DNA from: Candidatus Methylomirabilis sp.
Lineage (GTDB): Bacteria; Methylomirabilota; Methylomirabilia; Methylomirabilales; Methylomirabilaceae
DNA: 10,407 nt
Reading direction: 5' to 3'
Assembly: GCA_041498975.1 (NCBI GenBank)
Contig: JBGQJI010000088.1
Coordinates: forward strand, 1 to 10,407
Shown: piece by piece, positions 1 to 6,475 of the stretch
Position numbering within the stretch: the first letter of the stretch is position 1
How the letters are laid out: each line of letters opens with the position of its first letter
Notes under the pieces: model-generated
Database searches by the model: none
What the model was told of the DNA's origin: nothing
The model's input: only the letters and a program-made list of their open reading frames with translations
Translations under genes and position numbers: made by a program

Positions 1-510
1 CCAGGAACCATCCCCCCCTGCGGTCCCGTCCCGGCCGGCGCCGTCTGCCGGCAGCGACAGAACGTGGACAGGAGCAGGTTCAGAGGGATCGAACTCGAGC
101 TGGAGTTTCGTCCGCATCCCTATTGGACGTTATCCGGAAGCTATCTCTTCAACGACGCAGAGGTCTTGAGCGCTCCAAACCAGCCGGATCTCGAAGGCAA
201 GCGGATTGCTCGTACGGCAAGGCATCAGTTCACCTTGAGAGCCGACTACGCCAACCCTTCGGTTCTGAACGTGTCCGTCCAGGGACGGTACATTGGGGAT
301 CAATTCGATGACGACCTCAACCTGCAGAAGCTGGATGGCTTCTTTGTGGTCGACCTTCAGCTCTCCCGCCAGATCAAGCCCGGGTGGGAGGCCTTCCTCG
401 GGGTGGAGAACCTCTTCGACAGGACATATGAGGTTGCCAAGAGCGCCGGGGGCACCGTCACCATTGGCGCTCCGATCCTCGCCCACGGCGGGATCAGAGC
501 CCGTTTCTGA
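1..510 (+). CDS. TonB-dependent outer-membrane receptor, C-terminal beta-barrel fragment (5' truncated)
   Basis: Frame +1 is open from base 1 (PGTIPPCGPVPAGAVCRQRQNVDRSRFRGIELE...). It has alternating beta-strand patterns, the 'RGIELE' and 'VENLFDRTY' motifs typical of TBDRs, and a terminal Phe (GIRARF). Confidence 0.92.
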   Translation, partial: PGTIPPCGPVPAGAVCRQRQNVDRSRFRGIELELEFRPHPYWTLSGSYLFNDAEVLSAPNQPDLEGKRIARTARHQFTLRADYANPSVLNVSVQGRYIGDQFDDDLNLQKLDGFFVVDLQLSRQIKPGWEAFLGVENLFDRTYEVAKSAGGTVTIGAPILAHGGIRARF

Positions 511-529
511 ACGACGGCGACTGTGGATG

Positions 530-559
530 GTGCCAAGGGATTTCCGACTGTGCTATGGT
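530..559 (+). promoter_or_regulatory. Putative sigma70 extended -10 promoter
   Basis: TGcTATGGT at 551-559 (TGn plus TAnnnT), with a weak -35 GTGCCA at 530-535 (18-nt spacer), upstream of the ligase-ABC block. Confidence 0.4.
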
Positions 560-580
560 GATGGCCGTGTCATGCAGGAG

Positions 581-626
581 CCGATGAAAGACTGCTCTGC
601 TGCGTGAAAGACTCATCGGACCGATG
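581..626 (+). repeat. Nested direct and inverted repeats in the 5' leader of the ligase gene
   Basis: TGAAAGACT at 585-593 and 605-613 (20-bp period). Inverted pair CCGATGA (581-587) / TCATCGG (613-619). Palindrome CATCGG-A-CCGATG (614-626) covers the ATG at 624. Confidence 0.55.
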
Positions 627-2231
627 GATAGTCTAGCCGATCTGAAGATGTACGGGCGGTTTGCCTGGGGGCTGCGGGGTTTCCTCCGGCAGAGGATTTC
701 GCTGGAGGAGGCCGCGGCAACCGTGCGACGGCGCCTGGCCGAGCGGGAAGCGAGCTTCCTGCGCCTGGTAGAGAGAGGCATCTTTGGCTATTCTCGGAGC
801 CCGTATCGGCCGCTGCTGAAGCTGGCCGATTGTGAGATGGGCGATGTCAAGAACATGGTACGTTCAAGGGGATTGGAAGGGACATTGCGGGCACTGCGGG
901 AGGCGGGGGTCTATGTGACTCTTGAGGAGTTCAAGGGCCGTGAGCCTATTGTGCGGGATGGGCAGGTCATCCCCGTACACGCTCAAGACTTCGATAACCC
1001 CTATTTGAGCCGCTACTATCAGGCGGAGAGCGGGGGTACCACCGGCGCGGGGACGAGAGTGAATATGGACCTGGATCACCTGGCCGCAATAGCCCCGCTC
1101 TATATGTTGTTCAATCACGCTCACGGTATCCTCGATGTCCCGACGGCGATCTGGCGTGGAGGCCTGCCGGATAACAGCGGCATCGGGTACATCCTGATCG
1201 CGGCCCGCTTTGGCCAGGTTCCCCAAAGGTGGTTTTCGCACATCTCGAGCCGGGACTTGAGGCCATCTCTGAAGTACCGCCTCGCCAATCAGTCCATCGT
1301 TACCATGGGACGACTGTGTGGCGTGCCCATACCGTCTCCCGAGCCGGTGCGCATGGACCAGGCCGCCGTAGTAGCTCGTTGGGCGGCCCGGACCGTGGAG
1401 GCCCATGGGGCGTGTCTCATCCGGCTGTCCGTCAGCATGGCACTGCGGGTGTGCATTGCCGCCCTGGAGCAGGGGTTGCACCTTGGCGGCGTTGTGCTCT
1501 CCGGAGGCGGCGAGACGCCGACGCCGGCTAAGGTGCGTGAGATGACCAAAGCAGGAGCACGTTACATCCCTGCCTACTCGTTTACCGAAACGGGTGTCGT
1601 TGGCCTCGGCTGCGCGCGGCCGGTGGACGGCAACGACCTGCACTTCTTCAAGGACATCTTGGCACTCATCCAGCACTCACGGCCGGTGCCCGGCGCGGGG
1701 GTGTCTGTCGATGCATTTCACTTCACGACTCTGCTGCCCACGGCGCCCAAAGTGATGCTAAATGTAGAGATTGACGACTACGGCCTCATCGAGGATCGGT
1801 CGTGCGGTTGCGCCCTGGAAGGTTACGGTTTCACGGAGCATCTGCGCCACGTCCGCAGCTTCCGCAAGCTGACCGGCGAAGGGGTCACCCTGCTGGGCAG
1901 TGACATGGTTCACATCCTGGAGGACGTTCTGCCGGCTCGTTTTGGAGGCAGCCCTCTGGATTACCAGTTGGTCGAGGAAGAGGATGATCAGGGATTCACG
2001 CGCCTCACCCTGGTGGTAAGTCCCAGGATCGAATGGGCTGACGAGAGGACGGTGATTGACACCGTGCTGAAGGCCCTTGGAAGGGGCAGCGTTGCGGCTG
2101 ATCACGCCCGGGCCATTTGGAGCCAGGCGCAGACACTAAGGGTGAAGCGGATGGAGCCCGTCTGGACCGCTCGAGGCAAGCTGATGCCCCTTCACCTGGG
2201 ACGCCGCTCGGGGCTTCCAGACGGCTCTTAG
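624..2231 (+). CDS. Phenylacetate-CoA ligase (PaaK/F390)-like adenylate-forming enzyme, substrate unknown
   Basis: 535 aa with ANL-superfamily motifs in the expected order: P-loop ESGGTTG (cf. TSGSTG), GGE, YSFTETG (cf. YGxTE), EIDDYG (cf. TGD), SCGC, hinge RSFRKLTGEG and C-terminal TARGK (catalytic Lys, cf. TxSGK). Confidence 0.75.
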   Translation: MDSLADLKMYGRFAWGLRGFLRQRISLEEAAATVRRRLAEREASFLRLVERGIFGYSRSPYRPLLKLADCEMGDVKNMVRSRGLEGTLRALREAGVYVTLEEFKGREPIVRDGQVIPVHAQDFDNPYLSRYYQAESGGTTGAGTRVNMDLDHLAAIAPLYMLFNHAHGILDVPTAIWRGGLPDNSGIGYILIAARFGQVPQRWFSHISSRDLRPSLKYRLANQSIVTMGRLCGVPIPSPEPVRMDQAAVVARWAARTVEAHGACLIRLSVSMALRVCIAALEQGLHLGGVVLSGGGETPTPAKVREMTKAGARYIPAYSFTETGVVGLGCARPVDGNDLHFFKDILALIQHSRPVPGAGVSVDAFHFTTLLPTAPKVMLNVEIDDYGLIEDRSCGCALEGYGFTEHLRHVRSFRKLTGEGVTLLGSDMVHILEDVLPARFGGSPLDYQLVEEEDDQGFTRLTLVVSPRIEWADERTVIDTVLKALGRGSVAADHARAIWSQAQTLRVKRMEPVWTARGKLMPLHLGRRSGLPDGS

Positions 2232-2342
2232 GCTGCCTCGGTATCTACACGCGGAGCCTTGACCGATCCAGCGGAATCGAACGTGACGCAAAAGACCATG
2301 ACACGGGGAACGACTTCGGCCACGATTGCGAGAGGGCGGAAA

Positions 2343-3377
2343 ATGACCATAATCAGCCATCGTGCGATGCACGCCATCCTTCTGCTCGTCGCCCTCGTGG
2401 CGCTCTTGCAGCACGATGCCCCCGCGATGGGAGAGCAGCGCCAGCCAAAGCCGGAAACGCTGAGAGTGGTGCTCGTGCCGTTCCTGGCCTACGCTCCCTT
2501 CTTCATCGCAGAGGAAGAGGGGTATTTCGCCGATCTCGGGCTTCGGATCGAGTATATGAGATTGATGAGCTCGGCCTCAGGAATTCCGCCGCTGGCTCAG
2601 GGACAACTGGACGTTGTGGTGGGGACTATCCGGCCCAGCGAGCTCAACGCCATGGCACGGGGCGCGAAGATCAAGTTCGTGGCCGGCAGGGGTTATGTCG
2701 CGCCCGGGGGCTGTGCCTCCGATGCCATCGTCGCCAGGCGATCTTTGGTCGAAAGTGGGGAGCTGGATAGCCCGGCCCGACTCAAAGGCAGGCGGATTGC
2801 TCTCACCCGAGGGACCTCATCGGACTATTTGCTTGAGAAAATCCTCAATACGAGCGGTTTGACGATCGACGACGTCGAAATCGTTGAAATCCCGGTTGCA
2901 GCGCAACTCGAGGCCCTTGAAAAGGGCGTGATAGATGCTGCGGTCACGACGGAGCCATGGATGACCGCAATACTACAGACAGGGGACGCTGTCCTGTGGA
3001 TGCCGGCCTCCAAGGTAATCCCGGGCTTTCAGGTGGGATTCATCTTGTATGGTCCCACCCTCCTCGAGAAGAACCCAGACGCGGGGAGACGGTTCATGAT
3101 CGCCTATCTCAAAGCGGCGCGGCAATACAATCGAGGGAAGACAGCGCGAAACTTGGAGATCCTGGCAAAGCACACCGGGCTGACTCGGGAGCTCTTGAGC
3201 CAAGCGTGTTGGCCACCGATGCGCAACGACGGTCGGCTGGACGTTAGAGGGGTGCTAGAGTTCCAAGCCTGGGCCATCAAGAGAGGGCTGCTTGACACAC
3301 CGGTCAAGGAGGAGCAGTTCTGGGATGCCAGCTTCATCGAGTACGCGAACCAGGCTCTGAAGACACCCACTCGGTGA
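2343..3377 (+). CDS. NitT/TauT family ABC transporter substrate-binding protein (SsuA/NMT1/THI5-like)
   Basis: ATG 2343 follows a purine-rich GAGAGGG and leads into a signal-peptide-like segment (HAILLLVALVALL...APA). Family motifs: APFFIAEEEGYF, LKGRRIA, LEKGVIDAAVTTEPW. The ORF track start at 2259 is probably too far upstream. Confidence 0.9.
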   Translation: MTIISHRAMHAILLLVALVALLQHDAPAMGEQRQPKPETLRVVLVPFLAYAPFFIAEEEGYFADLGLRIEYMRLMSSASGIPPLAQGQLDVVVGTIRPSELNAMARGAKIKFVAGRGYVAPGGCASDAIVARRSLVESGELDSPARLKGRRIALTRGTSSDYLLEKILNTSGLTIDDVEIVEIPVAAQLEALEKGVIDAAVTTEPWMTAILQTGDAVLWMPASKVIPGFQVGFILYGPTLLEKNPDAGRRFMIAYLKAARQYNRGKTARNLEILAKHTGLTRELLSQACWPPMRNDGRLDVRGVLEFQAWAIKRGLLDTPVKEEQFWDASFIEYANQALKTPTR

Positions 3378-4168
3378 TCTCTCCGAACCCGATGACGCTC
3401 GAGTGTCAACGTCTCTGCAAAGAATATCGGACCCGAAGCGGCGTGGTCCCCGCTCTGGAGAACATGACCTTCAGCGTGGCGGGACAAGAGTTCCTGTGCG
3501 TCGTCGGTCCCAGTGGATGCGGCAAGACGACCCTCCTCAAGCTCATCGCCGGGTTGCTGAAACCCACCTCGGGTCGGATTATCTGCGATGGAGCGGCGGC
3601 CGATGGCCGGCCCGGCAACGCCATGGTGTTTCAGGAGCATGGCGTCTATCCCTGGATGACGGTGCTGGACAATGTGGCCTTCGGATTGGAGATGCGGGGA
3701 GTTGGGCGGCGACAACGCCACGACCAAGCGCAGGCCTTCATCGAGCGGGTGGGCTTGGCCTCCTTTGCACACAGCTACCCGCACGAGCTATCGGTCGGGA
3801 TGCGGCAGCGGGTTGGGATTGCGCGGGCCTTCGTGGCCGATCCTCAAATGCTGCTGATGGACGAACCCTTTGGCTCCCTGGACGCGCAGACTAGACTGGT
3901 GCTCCAGGAGGAGTTGTTAAGGATCTGGGAAGACCATCAGAAGCTGGTCATCTACGTCACCCACGATATCGAGGAGGCCGTGCTATTGGGCGATCGCGTG
4001 CTGGTGATGACTGGCCGACCAGGACGCGTTCGCGAAGAGATCCCGATCCCTGTTGGTCGGCCCCGAGACCTGTCGAATATGGGACGACCGGACGTCATGG
4101 AAATCAAATGGCGCATCTGGAAGACGCTCGAACACGAAGTGCGACAGAGCCTGTGGATACCAGACTGA
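3374..4168 (+). CDS. NitT/TauT family ABC transporter ATP-binding protein
   Basis: Walker A GPSGCGKT, Q-loop VFQE, signature LSVGMRQR, Walker B LLMDEPF and H-loop VTHD. GTGA overlap with the binding-protein stop; alternative ATG at 3392. Confidence 0.95.
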   Translation: MISPNPMTLECQRLCKEYRTRSGVVPALENMTFSVAGQEFLCVVGPSGCGKTTLLKLIAGLLKPTSGRIICDGAAADGRPGNAMVFQEHGVYPWMTVLDNVAFGLEMRGVGRRQRHDQAQAFIERVGLASFAHSYPHELSVGMRQRVGIARAFVADPQMLLMDEPFGSLDAQTRLVLQEELLRIWEDHQKLVIYVTHDIEEAVLLGDRVLVMTGRPGRVREEIPIPVGRPRDLSNMGRPDVMEIKWRIWKTLEHEVRQSLWIPD

Positions 4169-4950
4169 AAAGGAGCCTTCGCCCGGCCTCGATGCGCCTG
4201 GAGTGGTGGCTGCCAGCATCGATGTTCGCCGCGGCCATGCTCGGCTGGGAATGGCTGTCTCGCAGTGGCAGGCTCTCCCCTCTGTTTTTCCCGGCGCCCT
4301 CGGTCATCACCCTGACCCTCGTCCGGTTGGTTCTGAGCGGCAAGCTCGCCAGCAACCTCGCTGCGACTCTCACGCGGGTATTGCTGGGTTTGGCGCTTGG
4401 CGGTTTCCCGGGGCTGATCCTGGGCTTGATGATGGGCTGGTCGCAACGGCTGCGGCTCATCATCGATCCTTTCATCGCGGCGGCCCACCCTGTCCCCAAG
4501 ATCGCTCTTCTGCCGATCATCATGATCATCTTTGGCATCGGGGAGTCCTCCAAGGTGATCGTTGTGGGTGTGGCGGCCTTTTTTCCCATGCTGCTCAATG
4601 CTATGGCTGGCGTTCGGCAGATCAGCCCCATCCACTTTGAGGTAGCCCAGAACTATGGCGCTAGCCCGCTCAAAGTCCTCACTCGAGTCATCGTCCCTGG
4701 CAGCCTGCCCCTGGTGTTGACCGGCGCGCGCCTGGCCCTCAACAGTGCGCTGTTGCTCACTATTGCCGTCGAACTGGTGGCCGCTCAGAAGGGGCTCGGG
4801 GTGATGGTCTGGTTCGCGTGGCAGACACTGCGCACCGAAGAGCTCTACGCCAGTGTGGCAGTGGCGGCCATACTGGGCGCCAGCTTCAATCTTCTCCTCC
4901 AACGCCTGACGGCCCACCTTGTGCCATGGCAGGTGGAGCGGGAGAGTTGA
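4153..4950 (+). CDS. NitT/TauT family ABC transporter permease
   Basis: Several hydrophobic helices, FPAPS, PVPKIALLP, EAA-like loop EVAQNYGAS and ELVAAQKGLG. The start is uncertain (4108, 4153 GTG or 4192 ATG). Confidence 0.93.
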   Translation: MDTRLKRSLRPASMRLEWWLPASMFAAAMLGWEWLSRSGRLSPLFFPAPSVITLTLVRLVLSGKLASNLAATLTRVLLGLALGGFPGLILGLMMGWSQRLRLIIDPFIAAAHPVPKIALLPIIMIIFGIGESSKVIVVGVAAFFPMLLNAMAGVRQISPIHFEVAQNYGASPLKVLTRVIVPGSLPLVLTGARLALNSALLLTIAVELVAAQKGLGVMVWFAWQTLRTEELYASVAVAAILGASFNLLLQRLTAHLVPWQVERES

Positions 4951-5072
4951 GCATCCTCGGTGGCGCTAACGCTGCCATTCAGGCCGCCGCCAGGCGATGG
5001 TCAACTTCCTCGCGCCTCGTCTTCGCCCGGCCCAATCTTTCTGAACTCAGTGACGCCCATGGTCCATCCCCC

Positions 5073-6269
5073 TTAGTTATCTCTGGAAGGTTTCGGACAG
5101 ATGGAGCCTCTCCGAGCCCGAACGGCCTCTCTCGCCTCTTCGATCGCCTGGACGAATTCCGGCGGCAGGTTCTCCCCATCGGGCTGGGCCGATGTCCACC
5201 ACTTGGGTTCCTCCGAGTAGATCCAGATATACCCATCGGCGAGGTCGAGGGCTGAGGCAATCGCCTCCCCAAACAGGCGGGGGTCAACCCGGTGACGGGC
5301 TTCCTCCGGGTAGAGATCGGGGTCAGCCCACGGGCACGACTTGCCTTCCTTCCGGTATGGCCCGCAAAGCTGAGCCGATTCATTGTCCATCCAGATCCCG
5401 AATCCGATGCGCAGATCACGGTCATATCGTGTCGGGACGGACGAGAGTCGCCGACACTCCACACGGAGCCGCCAGTAGGCCTCCTGGAACTGGTGGCAAT
5501 ACCGGTACGGATAGGAGGGCTCGTGTCCCTCGACCACTACCATCCCCTGCGGTTTGGCCTCTAGGATGCCATCGAGAAAGGCGGGGAGCAGTCCGTAGGC
5601 CTGCTCTTCCTCCGGCTTGGTGGAACTGCAGGGGACGCTGTAGGCGAATGCGAAGAGCAGCACAAGGTCGGGCGCGGCATCGGCAAGCACGGCAGCAACT
5701 TGCTTGCCGCGATGGAGGGCGGCCGACCGGTAGACCTCAAACGACGCCTCGCGATCGGCCCGTCGCAGATAATCGAACACATTGAATTGGGGACGGCCAT
5801 CGGAAGGATCGCCGGCTGCATAGGCTTCGGGGTCTACCATGAAGCCTCGTAGGCCCGCCTCTCGTGTCACCCTGGCCGCGAGCTTCAGGTTCGCGAGGAG
5901 GGTCGCCCACGTGTCATTGTCCAGCAGATCGAGTGGGCGTTCGGTCGAATTCAGATTGATCCGGAGAAAATTGTGCTGGAACCGACGGAACGGCACGCCT
6001 TTGAGCTCCTCGACCGCCGGCCGGAGTTCGTCCCACTGGTAGGCATGGTCGGCAAGGTGCCAGGAGTAATTCGCCAAGCGTGGAGGCGCTCCGGGGATCG
6101 TCAGATGGAGGACGACGCCATCGAACGGCTTGCGCTCCATTGCCGCGATGTGGGTTCTCAGAAAGGTCTGGTCCGGCTCGTCCCAGCCCCATTCGATCAG
6201 AGGGGCGCAGCCCGATGCCGTAAGAGAGAAGATGAAGGTCAGGAATGAAGCGGCGAGGGAGCGAGTCAC
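5073..6269 (-). CDS. Uncharacterised lipoprotein, possibly a TIM-barrel glycoside-hydrolase-like fold
   Basis: 398 aa. The signal peptide ends in a lipobox-like TASG/C at Cys21. Alternating beta/alpha pattern with acidic strand-end motifs (EWGWD, FDGVV, GFMVDPEAY, VVEGHE, YIWIYSE). The GTG start overlaps the upstream stop (GTGA). The fold is inferred. Confidence 0.75.
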   Translation of the reverse strand: MTRSLAASFLTFIFSLTASGCAPLIEWGWDEPDQTFLRTHIAAMERKPFDGVVLHLTIPGAPPRLANYSWHLADHAYQWDELRPAVEELKGVPFRRFQHNFLRINLNSTERPLDLLDNDTWATLLANLKLAARVTREAGLRGFMVDPEAYAAGDPSDGRPQFNVFDYLRRADREASFEVYRSAALHRGKQVAAVLADAAPDLVLLFAFAYSVPCSSTKPEEEQAYGLLPAFLDGILEAKPQGMVVVEGHEPSYPYRYCHQFQEAYWRLRVECRRLSSVPTRYDRDLRIGFGIWMDNESAQLCGPYRKEGKSCPWADPDLYPEEARHRVDPRLFGEAIASALDLADGYIWIYSEEPKWWTSAQPDGENLPPEFVQAIEEAREAVRARRGSICPKPSRDN

Positions 6270-6475
6270 GTGGATGACGAGCGTTTCCGTCGTCCGCGCC
6301 CGCCGGCCTCGCGCAGGCGGAAACAGGCTTCGCAGAGGGCGATCTCAGGGTTCCGGCTGCTGTGCCAAGCTTCAGCGGTCGGAACGAGGGCACCGCAGTC
6401 GAAGCAGGCCGAAGTCGGCGGCTCGGAGCGGTCCTTGCCGGCCCCAAGAGGGCGTCGAAGATGCTTGCACGTCAA
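6266..6475 (-). CDS. Small C4 zinc-finger protein (69 aa)
   Basis: CxxC-x20-CxxC (CFDCG...LCEAC). TTG start with SD GGAGGAG at 6487-6481. Four-nt start/stop overlaps at both ends (TTGA 6475-6472, GTGA 6269-6266). Confidence 0.6.
   Translation of the reverse strand: MTCKHLRRPLGAGKDRSEPPTSACFDCGALVPTAEAWHSSRNPEIALCEACFRLREAGGRGRRKRSSST

Noticed and set aside
581..615. CCGATGA...GAAA as a hammerhead ribozyme core
   Set aside because: The core requires CUGANGA, and no convincing stem II lies between the motifs.
5001..5060. 19-codon minus-strand ORF (MGVTEFRKIGPGEDEARGS) after the lipoprotein
   Set aside because: It has a GGGGA upstream but is too short and has no motif, so it cannot be told apart from chance.
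4951..5072. Bidirectional intrinsic terminator between the convergent blocks
   Set aside because: Only weak pairings are present, with no strong stem followed by a U-tract on either strand.
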